Positions 50,167 through 62,581 are shown, counted from the whole stretch's first letter. The stretch: 62,581 nucleotides of DNA, filler included, from Hausera hauseri (GCA_046269625.1; 11 parts of 11 records of this genome joined end to end with filler, not necessarily neighbours in it), one strand, 5' to 3'. Program-made: numbers and translations. The notes: generated from the letters alone by a model not told the origin.

Positions 50167-53100
50167 NNNNNNNNNNNNNNNNNNNNNNNNNNNNNNNNNN
50201 NNNNNNNNNNTTAATTAATTAANNNNNNNNNNNNNNNNNNNNNNNNNNNNNNNNNNNNNNNNNNNNGTTTGAGTTTACTTGGGTTATTTTTGCACTGGCT
50301 GTACTTGGATTGTGGTGATGCCCGAGTCCGCAGCACCACACTACCCCCCATTAAGAAAAAGACACTGTGTTAATGGAGCGAAAGTAAGAAGACAAGGCAG
50401 AGAAGTGTAGGCGAACTGTTGAAAGAAGCAAATTTTTGATGTAAAAGAAACAAAAACATGGAAAGGATAATTTTTATGAACTATTGCGTCTTTGTATAGA
50501 CAAGTCGATGAATCTTATCGATATTTTGTTCTCTGCTGAAAATGACTGTCTTGTGTTTTTTACCATGTTGTTGGATTGTTTGGTAGAAAGTTAAATTTTG
50601 ATTTGACGTGTCAGCAGCTTAAGAACTATTCGGTATGTCGTTTAGCGTAATTTTTTGTATTGATGACTGTTTTGAAATAGCAGATTGTCGTGGAGATAGA
50701 ATAGAAGAAGGATTGAAGGAGTCAATGAAGGCATGTGCAGAGTTAGTTGTTGGATCCGGTGTGTCATTAACGAATAATGCAGGTTTTACGCTAGATATGT
50801 GCATATTTTGTTCTTTGTCGTTTTTGAGCATTGTAACCGTGTGTGAAGTTAAATTCAGAATTTTATTTGGTCCTAAATTGTGTGGTTGAAATCCGGAAGG
50901 TAAAGGATTTTTTAACAGCACAAACTTTGCATTAAATAGCGAGTTAGGTTAGTATGGTTTGTCACCATGTACTATTTTGCAGAAGGAATCCTGGCTTAAT
51001 TGAACGAAGTGACCTTGTGCAGACCTAATTGTTTTGTCAGTTGGGATGTTGTCCAAATTGGTAAGTTCAAAAAGTGCGCGAATTGTGGTACCAAAAAGTG
51101 CTTCAGCGGTTGCCCAACCGGTGGTAGTAGACGGTGTGTTGCGCCACACGAGTAAAACAAAAGAGAGAATGGTTGTCCAGTTTTTATGAGTTTCGGCCAG
51201 GATTTTTAACGAAATCTTGAGAGTGTGATGAAAGTGTTCTAATAAGCAGTTCGACTGGGGATGATATGGAGTTGTGTGTATGTGGTTTATGACCAGTCGA
51301 TTAACCAAAGATTTGAATAGGTTCGATTCAGATTGGGGACGTTGGTCTGTAATTATATAGCTAGGTGCACGGAACTGGCTAATCCAAATCCTAATCGAGT
51401 CTACATTGATAGAGTGCAAAGAGACGGCTTCAGGCCAAAGAGATGTGCGGTCCATAACTGTTCAGATGAATCGGTGGCAGTTATATCTCTGTAAACTAAC
51501 TCAAAGCGGGATGTACAGGGGAAATGAAATAATGGTGGCTTAAGATATTTAGCTACCTTAAACTTTTGGCAAGCTACGCATTGCCTAACCCAGCTCTGTA
51601 TGTCAGACCTCATTAATGGCTATATTACGTGACATTTGAGGAGGCGGAATGTAGCCTTTGAGCCTGGGTGATGCAACAAATGAACATGTTGAAATGCAGT
51701 TTGTTGGAAAGAAGGTGCCAAAAGTGGCAAATGTTGCCCAGGTGTCGACGTGCCCATGGCTATTCCATCGATGATTTATGTGGATTTGTACTGTTTAAGA
51801 GTTTCAGCGGAAGGTGAATTTTGGATCAATTGTTCCTTAGAGAATATTGGTGTGACACTAATAGCATTAACTGACCGTGATAATAAATTAGCTATTAAAT
51901 TATCTGTGCCAGAAATATGACAAATTTTAAAGTTTAATGTTGACAGGTATGAGATATGGCGTTCTTGTCGAAGTAATGGTTGTTTTATGTTCATTACGTG
52001 AACGAGAGGTTTATGGTCTGTTTGAATGGTGAAGGAACGAGCAATAGGCAAATGTGAAAAATGTTTCAGAGCTAAAACAATGGCCAGGAATTCTCTGTCG
52101 AAGGTGGAATAACGGCTCATTCATACCTTGAGACATTTGATGAAGAACCGCTCCTACCGCTGCTGTTAATGCGTCGGTTGATAAGATGAGGTCAGCATCA
52201 GGTTTTGGGTAAGTTAAATCTCGACCGTTTTAAGCTTGTTGCGGAGTTCATGGAACTGGTTAACAAGTTCTGGTGTCAAATATATGAGCTTTTTCTTCGG
52301 TACTGCTCCTAGTTGAGCGAAAGGAGAAGTTAACTGGCTACAGTGTGGGGCGTATTTATGGACAAAATGTAAAGTCCCAAGGAAACTACGCATGCCAGTA
52401 GTGGTTTTGGGTAGCTCGATATTTCGTAATTGATGAATTCTATCAGACTGTGGATTGTGACCGTCAGGTGTGATGACGTGGCCAAGGAAATTGACCTTTG
52501 TCTGGAAGAAAGAACAGATAGAAAAGTTCACTTGCAAACTGTAGTTGTATAAGCGTTGGAAAACTAGTCTGATATGTTCTTCGTGTTGTTTGGGCGATGC
52601 CGATGCGACTAGTATGTCATCGATATACGGATATACAAATGGCAAGCTTGAAAGGACTGAATCAGTGTGCCGTTGAAACGCTTGCGCTGCGTTTTTTAAT
52701 CCGAACGGCATGAATGTGTATTCGAAAAGACCAAAAGGTGTTATTATGGCCGTTTTTTGGATGTGTTCAGGTGATACTGGAATTTGGTGGTAGGCTTTTT
52801 TAAGATCTATAGTCTAATAAATTGTGGTCTTGTGTAAAGAATGCAATATATCCTTAATCAAAGGTAGAGGATAGGCATCCATGGTAGTGACGTTATTAAG
52901 TTGTCGATAATCGCCGCATGGACGAATGTGCCATATTTTTTGGGACGACGTGGAGTGGTAATGCCCATGGTGATTTTGACTGTTTTATTCCAGCTTGCTC
53001 GAGTGCAGAGAATTCCGCTTGGACTGCCTGTCGACGGCGTGGTAAAAGTGGGCGGAGTTTTTGTCTAACGGGCCTATGATTTTCTGTGATGATATGATGA

Positions 53101-53761
53101 AGCGTCGTGTTAGCCTGTCAAAATGCTGGGTTTTTATTGTGTGAAAACAATATTTGGTTAAATATTGTTGCATTTCTTGGCTAAGCGTAGTAAAGGCTGT
53201 TGTTGTCACGGCAGTGGCTTGATTGGACTTAGTGTAAGAAACAGTAGAAATCGGGTCGCCTAAATCAGACTTTAACAGAAACGTAGGATTATTTATATTG
53301 GTATTAATAACGTTCTTATTTGCGTTGGCTGACGGTTCTTTTAATATCGATTTTATAGGCGAGATAGGTTGAATGGTCGGTTGGTTATTTGTAGAGGTCG
53401 GTTTTGTTGAACTGCTTCTGATGATCCGACGTTGTCTACAATCTACAAGGAGGTAGTAGAAAGATAAAAAATCGGACCCAAGTATTGGAGATTGTGTGTC
53501 GGCAACGATAAAAGTCCAATTGAAAATGTCGGAGAATGGTGGTAAAGCAAATGAAACCTTGGACGTGCCAAAAATGCGTAATGTTTGGCCGTTAACTGTA
53601 TACAATTTGGTGTTAGATGGTGAGATGGATAGTTGTAACAAAGAAACAGCAGCCCCTGAGTCAATAAGGAAGTTGATAGATTGATTGGATTTGGAAGCTA
53701 AAGAGGCTTTTAATGTGAAAACGGCACAAGCACGGCTATGAGGATAAAAATGTTTGCCTGT

Positions 53762-53803
53762 GCCAGCATGTACCGAAACATCTGGCGGCTTTATGAGTTT
53801 TTT
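53762..53803 (-). promoter_or_regulatory. gag-pol -1 frameshift site (A AAA AAC + pseudoknot)
   Basis: The gag frame reads CCA AAA AAC TCA TAA. The -1 frame continues open to the protease DSG. Confidence 0.75.
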
Positions 53804-54839
53804 GGAGGTACAGGATTTATGTTGTTGTAAGGAGTAGGGTGTGATGGATTAGATCGGTTAACAAACGTGCAACCTGTAACGCAGTTCTGTGCTTTAGAAT
53901 TGAATTTATTATGGTATATGCAGATAATATCAGATCATTTGAAATGGGGAGCAGCATTTAGTGGAGTTGTTTTTGAATTTTGTATGGTAGTAACACACCA
54001 TTGATTGTGGAAGGTGACCTCGCGTGCCTTGAATTTTGAGATGAAGTGCGGCTATGATTTGCATCGAAACGATTTTGTCTAGGCATGGTCAATGCTTCGA
54101 TTTTTGACGTGAGTGCAGAAATTGCTTGATGTATGTTGGAATTTTTAGAACGTAAAGAGTTTATCTGGGAGTTCAGATTAGATATGTCGTTAACTTGTTG
54201 AGTTGTCGGTACTTGTAGCGTAGCGGGTACTAATGGGGCTGTATATGCATGTAATATCTCGTGGCTTTTTTCAGTCAGTTGTGCTAATTTTTGTAGTAAC
54301 GATGTGCCCTCTATTATGGCCAAGAGTGCACGCATGTCTCTAGGTAAAGACTGCAGAAAATATCTGCGTAGTAAATCGGCATTGTTTGCTTCATTAACAC
54401 CAAGATTACTCAGTTGAATTAGTGAGGTTTGAAGAAATTCTGAGGGTTTCAACGTGCCTATGGTGTTGTCGTTACAATATTTATGGATAATGTTATACAG
54501 AGATGGTTCCGTGATTTTTAAAATCGAGTTAAAAAGTGTTTTGTATGGGTCACTGCTTTGGAAAATTTCCGACAAGTTTGGAAGCTGCGACTTAATGTTG
54601 AAAGGCAAAAGTATAAGCAAGCTGTTTGCTTTAAGAAAAAAGTTGACAATATTATTTGACTTTAACCAAGCCGCATAAAAGTTTAACCATGTCCGGCTGG
54701 AATGTTGCTTGTCAACGAAGTATTCTACGCAAGGTAGCTTTACAGTTGACGACGGAGGTAGAGGTGAATTTAGCGGTACGCTTATAGTAGAAATGTCGGC
54801 AAATTCTTGTTGGTCGTTAGACAAGGCTTTTGGATCTGA
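53791..54839 (-). pseudogene. gag: Family B gag with doubled CHCC finger
   Basis: ORF 53958-54863 plus frameshifted CYYHTKFKNNSTKCC and CIYHNKFNSKAQNCVTGC. Homologous to 43030-44077. Confidence 0.85.
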
Positions 54840-55061
54840 TCCACCTAACAGATGGTAGTGCACAGTCAGTATAAGTGTTGAAGATGAGTGGGTGTAACTT
54901 GTTATAATGTCGGATTGTCGGTGAAAGGTCCATTAAACTAAGGCAAAATTAGCAAAAGTTGTTTGTCGTTGTAACATGCCTGACAATTTTGCAATTGTTG
55001 ATTAGTAAATGTAGTAGGTTTGTGTATGCTTATTTTCGAATAACAAGACAGTAGTGTAGAA
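54840..55061 (-). pseudogene. Ubiquitin-like domain ending LLGG, in frame with Gag
   Basis: 74 codons: FYTTVLLFENKHTQTYYIY*STIAKLSGMLQRQTTFANFALV*WTFHRQSDIITSYTHSSSTLILTVHYHLLGG|S. Confidence 0.55.
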
Positions 55062-55089
55062 ATGGCGGTTCGGTTTCACCCCACCCCAA

Positions 55090-55990
55090 GGGGGCTAATC
55101 GGTAAATCGATTTTGCACATGTTCCGATCGATAGTGCACCAGGAGCACTATCGATCCAAAAAGTACCTAGCAACGGTGCCGCTAGGCACAGTTGCTAAGG
55201 GCGCTTTTGCATATTCCACAAATCGATCGCTGCACAGTGCACTATTAATCGAATCGATTGGGACAAGGTGCTAATCGATAGAGCACATCGAGCTGCATAG
55301 ACTGGTGCACAGTGCAAGTGTGCAAAAATCAGTAATATCGAATTTCCGATATTTCCAATATGGATGATTAGCACCCGTGACCGGGTGCAGTCGGAAGAAA
55401 ACATGATGTAGTATATGAATGCGCAGTTAGAATTTAAATTTATAGATTAGTTATTGATTAATATCGATCGAATGTGCAAATTGGTTATAATTTCAACATG
55501 TTCTTTAAGTGTAGGGATGCAAAATTCGACCCAACATTGAGCGGGGACAGATAGGAAATCGAGTATGCCGAACTCTAATATCGAGCTGAAAACTCGATAT
55601 TCGAAAATTTTTGAACTGAAAAATTGAAGTTCGAACTATTCGAAAAATTTAACAGCGGGAATCGATTCCCCGTATTTGAGGACCCCCATGTGCATAAAAA
55701 TTTCTTCATGAAAATGTACTATATAGATACAAAATCAATATTTCAATATTTAAAGTGCAATGAATCGGAAATCGATAAATATTTAAGCGTATATGTATAG
55801 GAAAGCATATGTGGGGAATCGGAATATAAAGTTAGATGATCGAAAAGAATATTTGAATTCGAAGAAACATCGATTCGAACTCGAATATTCGATGAAGCGT
55901 ACATTATTCGAAGAATGTGATGGTGCCAATCGATCTGGCATGTATATAAACCTATTAGAAAATGGCGCGTGCGATAATTTAAATTATTTG
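55090..55990 (+). repeat. Structured leader of another pPolB-unit copy
   Basis: Reverse-complement homology to 49000-50166. Hairpins at 55126-55156 (12-bp perfect stem) and 55168-55197. Confidence 0.75.
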
Positions 55991-56262
55991 ATTCATTAAA
56001 ACAAACTCATGATGTTGATAAGAAATGGTACGTGACAAGTTCATGCATTTGATGCATTAAAACAAATACACATTGGCTATACAATATTCATTGCTGAATT
56101 TACCCCACCATTAAAATTATTTCCTTACATGTGTTTTTACTACATCAAAATTATTTTTCATACATGTGTTTTACTGCATCAATTATCAAAATTAGACAGT
56201 GCATGCTGACATAGCTATAATTTTCATTATTTCCAAATTTAGTTCCGAAATCACTTCCGAGA

Positions 56263-57035
56263 ATGGTAAGTATTCTACTTATTTGTTGTAATCAAATAAT
56301 TTGTTTTAGATGTACAAATTGTATAAAGAATGTCTGGCTCCAATACATGATCCAGAAACCTACCATAAAACAATAATTAAATACTATGGCCACATGTTCA
56401 ATAGGATCCAATAATATATATGCCCTACATGTGAGGTAGTGTGCAGGACAATGTACGAGGAATTCTACAACGTACATAAACGACATTTGATATCATTCGT
56501 CAAATTGAAAAAAGAAATATTCTATAACAATATGCCAACAACGTCTAACATGCCGAAAGAAAACAAAAGGTGCAGTTCATATATGTATTGCACATGTACA
56601 ATACATAATCCAGAGAATTGCTACAATACAATGAGGATCTATTATGGCCACAAATTCAATCGAATCCTTTATTATATTTGTCCCGGATGTGAGACTGTAT
56701 GTCAGAACGAGTACATTCAGTTCTATGAAGATCACAAGGATCATCTGGCCGACTTTGCATCAAAGTCAAAGAAGATAATATTTAATGAGCATAAGCCAGC
56801 TGCACAGTCTACAATCCAGTCCACAGCACAGTCCACCGTCCAGTCAGCAGTCCAGTCCACAGTACAGTCCGCAGTACAATCAACAGTGCAGTCCGTAGTA
56901 CAGCCCGCAAGAATAAAACGCCCATCAAGTTCATCAGATGCCTCAGGCTCAACAGGTGTAGCGGCTCCACCAAAAAGCCAAAGACAGCGGCCAGTTGATG
57001 GCGCTGCGTCCATTCAGATCTCAAATAGCAAATAG
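56263..57035 (+). pseudogene. Tandem Cys/His-domain protein with QS(T/A)V repeat tail; 44-nt intron 56266-56309; one premature TAA
   Basis: ATG|GTAAGT..TTTTAG; two copies of IHxPE..YYGHxFNRI.YICPxCExVC..Y..FY..HKxHL..F...KK.IF. Confidence 0.65.
56805..56900 (+). repeat. 12-bp coding minisatellite x8 (QS[T/A][V/I/A])
   Basis: cagtccacagta-like units. Confidence 0.9.
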
Positions 57036-57154
57036 TGAACACGGAATTGAAATANNNNNNNNNNNNNNNNNNNNNNNNNNNNNNNNNNNNNNNNNNNNTT
57101 AATTAATTAANNNNNNNNNNNNNNNNNNNNNNNNNNNNNNNNNNNNNNNNNNNN

Positions 57155-58027
57155 TCGAATTTCAGCAAATTGGCGTAGTACTCCGCATTAATTGTTGCCT
57201 CTCGCGAAAGGTAATCTACCAGAATAACGCCAGATGAGTCCAAAAAACAGTCGCCATAAGTTTTCCTAAGGAGGGAACCACTTTTGCTTTGAGAGGAGGA
57301 TAGCTTCCCTTCGTTGACCACTGCTTCGATTGATGCTTTGTTAGAGGGTCTAAAAAGTGGATCCATGTTTCATCCACTGTTAGCAGTCTGTCGAGAAAAT
57401 TTCGATCCCTGTTTGCAAGTTGCAAGTTGTGCTTTAAAATGCGGACTCGTTCTTCTATTTGTCGTGGCTGCAGTAATCGCTGAATTCAGCGGCAACACTA
57501 CTTTGAAAGATTCAAATCGTCTATTAAATGTGTATGCACAGTTGAAATACTTATATGAAAGGCCTCTACAATGTCTAACTGTTGCTCGTTAATTATCTTC
57601 CACGAATTTTTTGATCAAGCCGATATTTTCATTTGTTTTGTATGTTCTGGGTCTTCCAGTTATAGCAATGTCTCCAGTCTCACTCTACCCAGCAGCAAAC
57701 CGTTCAATCCACTTGTACACAGCTGTCTTACCCAAAGAATCTTCTCCAAAAGCGTTATGTAACCACCTTGTGATACCAGTACCTGATTCTCCTTCCTTCC
57801 ACAAAAAGAAAACTGTCTCGTTGATTATTTTTTGCACTGTCCATTTTCTGTCATCACTAAATGTGTGTCTGCTAATACTGCTAATTTAAAGTAAATATCT
57901 GTGAATCAAAACTAGTTGCTAAAATGCCACATAGGTTGCTTGTCAGTAAAACAAAACCTAAATTAGCACGGTGTCATTCGTACTAAAATTAGATTGTCGT
58001 TTCCACGAACTGTTCGAACAACCTTCG
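57155..58027 (-). mobile_element. mariner (DD34D) element, 5' part
   Basis: TA|CGAAGGTTGTTCGAA TIR at 58027; ATG at 57844; AVYKWIERF, LTVDETWIH, GKLMATVFW, INAEYY. Confidence 0.92.
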
Positions 58028-60321
58028 TATTATTAAAATGATATGATAATATTGTACATATGAACTATTTTCAGATCCCATTGCATAGCTGTCCTATGTG
58101 TAAAAATATAAGGATTACACAAAAATTTACTTTAAGTAAAATTTCTGTTTTTTTTTTACAACAATTTCAGAACTTGGGTTGAAATTAGCTGTAAATAAAT
58201 CCAACTTGTCTATGTTAGTGAGTTGAATAAAATGCAAATAAACCCAACTTACATTATTTGATGGATTAAACGCATTATACATGGTTCCTGTAGTATTTTC
58301 AGTGGCAGATTAATTATATTTTGTAAATAAAGGTGGTGTACTAATCACTACATATGTGAATATTTTGTGAAATTAGACTTATTGTGAACTTGCCAACACT
58401 ATTTATGTCTTCATGTAAATTTCCTTAATTGATTTATATTTGACTGATAATGCACCTATGCTGTACTAAACATGTGGTAAATAAATTTCTTTGTTTTGTA
58501 CCCTTCATATATTTTAGCGTACGCATAATTTTTCGTTTAAAGTAGATTATACTTTTTGTATTAGTACTTTCGTGTCAATATTAGTGTGCCAGTAAATCTA
58601 AATAAGTAAATAAGCGCTAAAAGTAAATTGTAGTAGACCACGTACACGACCTGACGACGTCTTCAATAATCAAAAGTAAAAGGTAAGATTCTAAACCACA
58701 GTAAATAAAATAAAGTAACCCCGACTATCCCCGACACACGACGTACTATATTAGTAAGTTACGAATAGCGCATCTCTCATTCTCATCTCGCGTTTAAATA
58801 AAAGTAACTTTTGTTTACCCGCAAATTTATTTACCTAACGATAATTTTATTATGACTCGCCCAACTTAAATTTTCTCGGATTGAACACAACATCTTTACG
58901 TTCACAAGTTATAATCGTTTAAAAATATGATGTTCGAAGAAAATCCAAAATTTTAGGAGACATATAATGAAATTTATAAAATTTCCTAGAATTCTATCTT
59001 AGAAATATAACTGAATAAAGATAGAACAATTTCAAAACATTTTATGGCACATTGATCCATAAGATCTTTATTTACATTCAACGTTAGGTAAATTGTTAAA
59101 ACTTCGTAATTTAAATGAAGAATATCACTGCTTTGTTTAAGATTTATTTACTGAAAACAATCGATTTTCCAATAATCAATAACTACGAAGAACAAACTGT
59201 GGTAAATCTTTTCTACATAAAGTACATGTAATTATGTAATCGATTTAAATTTATTAAATTCCATAACATATCCTAATCTGATTCAATCTTTCTTGCCTTT
59301 GGGTATGCTTAATGATGATTATTATATAAAATCTCCAGAAAATCATGAGTTGTTTTATACTGTGCAATTCTACAGAAATGTTACAGAGAAAATATATTTC
59401 ACAAAATGGCGTCTTTATCATCATATCCAAATAACTTTTAGAATGAAAATTTAAGACAAACCAACATGTTTTTGAATAAATGTTCTAATTCATTGCGTTT
59501 TGATCTTATGATTTATATATGTTGCACATGTTTTGTTTTTTCTAATGAGAATAGACTTTGATGTTCTTTGCAGTTTAAAATATCGCTTTGGAAATTAAAT
59601 AAAATATGGAAATTCTTTACTGCATAAATATATTCATATACCGTTTATAAGTACGATGAAAATTTGTGAAAAGTTGTATATGACATTTTAATAACTTATA
59701 AATCTTGTTCGATGCACAACATTAAATGTATATTATATTATGTAATTTTATATAGTAAACCTTATAATTACAATACTTTTAATTGGTTGCCAAAACTATT
59801 TTTAATGAAGAATTTATTGTAAATCTACATAATTATATTTCAATTTTAAATTATATTTCAATATTTTAATAGTTGAAGAAAAAATAAAAGAAATTGATGT
59901 CATACATTAACAATGAAGTCATTTATACACAAGACCATGTTTGTTTAAAATTCTCTAGAAGAACAACAAATTTTCTTATTCATAAAAATGTCTTTAAACA
60001 CATTTTTTATCAATTTGTTTTACAATCTTATTGAATCTTTCATTTTGCTTCAAAATTGTATCCGGGTAGGTCAACTAAGCTTGAAATTCCGGTGTTTTAT
60101 AAAAATAGTTTAACTTACAAATTTGTTTTCAACTTTACGATATTATAATTTCGTAATTATTTAAATTGAATGGTATTAGTCATTTTAGTTGATTTACCAT
60201 TTGAAGGAAAATAATATAGACAACATGGCACAAATCATAAAGATCCGTGTGGATTTTAATATTCTGTTAATGAGACAAACATTTTCTAATTCATAATAAA
60301 TTATAAATCGGCATTAAATGT

Positions 60322-60368
60322 AATTTTATATTTAATTTAATTTATTAAATTAAATTAAATATAAAATT
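60322..60368. repeat. Perfect 22-bp AT-only inverted repeat, 3-nt loop
   Basis: AATTTTATATTTAATTTAATTT-att-AAATTAAATTAAATATAAAATT. Confidence 0.9.
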
Positions 60369-60963
60369 GCTCATTAATTTTTACAACATGCAACATTAAG
60401 TATATATAAATACTGATTGTACCAGATTGTAACAAATGAAATTCAAATTAAACTGTCAATTTCAAATAGTACACCACACTGAAATTAAGGTTTATGGTTT
60501 ATAAATTGCAGAGTAGTAAAACTTAGTGGATAATCATTCATTTTAATATTCATAAAATAATTATTTTTATAAGCAGTTATAGAAAACATGGAAAATTGAA
60601 AGTACCTTTTAAAATTTTTCACGTTTAAATATTATTTACTACGTTTTGATAGTTTATTTAATCATATTCTAATTGTTCTATTTTGAATTTTTTATATTTT
60701 ACTGCCAATAGAATTTGGCTTATTGAATGTTAATCTTACCAAAAATTGTTACCCATCAATAAATATTATTCAATAAATATTCTTCAATAAACCGTCAATA
60801 CTTTTGTTATAAAGTTAAATAACTAAGTCCGTATTTTAAATGTAATTTTACTCACAAAATTTAATAATTTGGTCCAACAAATTTGCGAAAAATTCACTGT
60901 AAGCATAAAATTTAAACTCTTTAGTATAAACTTTTATTAATAAATCATACATTTTTATAAAAC

Positions 60964-61623
60964 ATGCCAATCACTCATGCTCTATTTGACCTGGATGGTA
61001 CGCTCCTTGATACAGAGTCAGCTTATACCAGAAGTATTCAAAAAATACTCGATCCATACAATATTACTTATACGTACGAGTTGAAGCGACAGTTTATGGG
61101 TTGCAAACCCAATGAAACATCAACAAGACTGAAAGCATTGACAGGAATAAATATTCCCGCTGATGAATTTGTTGATAGAATGCACAAAAATTTGTATGAA
61201 TATCTTGAAGATATTGAAGTGCTTCCGGGTGTGTTTAAAGTTCTAGACGAATTGCGAAGAAGAAACATTAGAATGTGCATTGCAACAGGTTCAAGTGATG
61301 AAGACTTTCTTCAGAAAACAAAGCGACATCAAAAACTATTGGAATATTTTGACCATGTAGTCTGTTCAGGTAGTGACCCTCATATCAAGAACGGTAAACC
61401 TGATCCAGAAATTTTTATTGAAGCCTCAAAACGATTTAATTGCAATGTGAAAGCAGAAAATTGCGTAGTTTTTGAAGATGCTTGGAATGGCTTACAAGCA
61501 GGACTGCGTGCAAATATGAAAGTTATTTGGATTCCAGATCCAAGAGAGCCAGTTGATAATTTACCAGCCAATGTCATTCTATTGAAATCTTTAGAAGACT
61601 TTACGTTTTCCAATTTAGAATAA
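60964..61623 (+). CDS. PUDP: HAD-superfamily hydrolase, pseudouridine-5'-phosphatase (HDHD1/PUDP/GS1-like), intact and intronless
   Basis: FDLDGTLLDTE (motif I), IATGS (II), GKPDPEIF (III), VFEDAWNG (IV); 219 aa; AATAAA near 61650. Confidence 0.9.
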   Translation: MPITHALFDLDGTLLDTESAYTRSIQKILDPYNITYTYELKRQFMGCKPNETSTRLKALTGINIPADEFVDRMHKNLYEYLEDIEVLPGVFKVLDELRRRNIRMCIATGSSDEDFLQKTKRHQKLLEYFDHVVCSGSDPHIKNGKPDPEIFIEASKRFNCNVKAENCVVFEDAWNGLQAGLRANMKVIWIPDPREPVDNLPANVILLKSLEDFTFSNLE

Positions 61624-62044
61624 GGCTATGAAACATGGTGACTTTTAAAAATAAAAAATTCTGATATATTTATTGTGTTTCACATTATTATTTTGTAAAT
61701 TCTTTTATAATATCATTATATTAGTATTATTGTGCCAAGCGGAGAAATTTTATAAACATGTAGATATTATGTATTTACTTATGATGCAACGATTTGAGTT
61801 TCTTAATATATTAATTTTACCTTCGGGCACGTGATAACCGGATTCAACCAGAATTCTAATAATTACTCAAATACACAAAAAATCATTTCTAAAGATATGT
61901 ACAACAAAATAATATAAACACATTTTATGTCTTATTAACGGGATTCAAGAATCATTTTTATATTAAAAGTGTATAGTATTAATAGGTTTATTATTATTTG
62001 ATTGTTTTATTTTTATATTTTTTTAATTGAATTTGAATATAATA

Positions 62045-62581
62045 CGAAGGTTGTTCGAAAAGTTCAGAGAAACTAACAAATATTTTATTGACAAAAGAAC
62101 AGAAAATTAAGCAAATCTGTTACATGTAATCTACAGTCATCGAACATTTTTCAACATATGTGCCATCAAGACCGATGCAATTTTTATAGCGCTAGAAGGC
62201 GTTTTGAATTCCGTTAGCGAAGAAATCATGGTTTTGGTATTTAATCCAGTTGTGAACCTCAGTTTGGATATCGGCTTCAGTTTCAAAGTAAATTCCACGG
62301 AAATGTTGCATAAGGGAAGGGAATAGGCGAAAATCGCTGGGCGCCAAATCTGTCGAGTAATGGCGATGTAGCAAAATATCCTAACCAAGATTTCCAAGCA
62401 CATCACTTGTGTGCCGGCCTCTATGCGGTGTTGCATTATCATGAAGAAGAAGAGGCTTGAGAAATAACTTTCCTGGTCGTTTCCTTCGAAGAGCATTTCA
62501 TATATCGAATTTCAGCAAATTGGCGTAGTACTCCGCATTAATTGTTGCCTCTCGCGAAAGGTAATCTACCAGAATAACGCC
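62045..62581 (-). mobile_element. mariner element, 3' part
   Basis: TA|CGAAGGTTGTTCGAA TIR at 62045; YSTDLAPSDFRLF (YSPDLAPSD motif). Confidence 0.92.

Larger units (their letters stand above)
50267..55083 (-). mobile_element. CsRn1-like Gypsy (family B), nearly complete internal region; 3' LTR starts at 50340, 5' LTR absent
   Basis: PPT GGGGGGTAG then TGTGGTG at 50340; IN, RH, RT (MPFGLKNAAQAFQRH, YIDDILVAS), protease FLIDSGAAVS, gag. Confidence 0.93.

Noticed and set aside
56805-56900. CRISPR-like array
   Set aside because: It is a 12-bp coding minisatellite without spacers, in a eukaryotic context with no cas genes.

Overview
This is eukaryotic, mostly transposon-derived DNA. It is not one continuous locus: 11 unordered contigs are joined by artificial 100-bp N-TTAATTAATTAA-N linkers, and exact 77-bp end overlaps point to a k=77 de Bruijn assembly. 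I recognise only two intact cellular genes: an MFSD1-like transporter (contig 1, kinetoplastid-like, possibly a different organism) and an HDHD1/PUDP HAD phosphatase (last contig). The rest is decayed mobile DNA. (1) Two diverged copies of a Ty3/Gypsy family have integrase running in frame into a type I membrane protein with FN3-like repeats, followed by a conserved hairpin and splice acceptor and a large third ORF containing an ISG20/REXO4-like (pseudo)exonuclease and a RING finger. (2) Four copies or fragments of a CsRn1-like Gypsy family are present; the two that retain gag carry a ~74-aa ubiquitin-like domain ending L(R/L)GG fused in front of Gag, a doubled CHCC finger and a -1 frameshift site with pseudoknot. 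(3) Three Polinton/adintovirus-type pPolB pseudogenes are present, two of them directly preceded by a small gene built from a tandem Cys/His domain, and one flanked by long DIRECT repeats. (4) Tc1, pogo/Tigger and mariner relics. The best novelty candidates are the accessory-gene Gypsy family and the UBL-Gag fusion. All translations and alignments were done by eye; no database searches were run.
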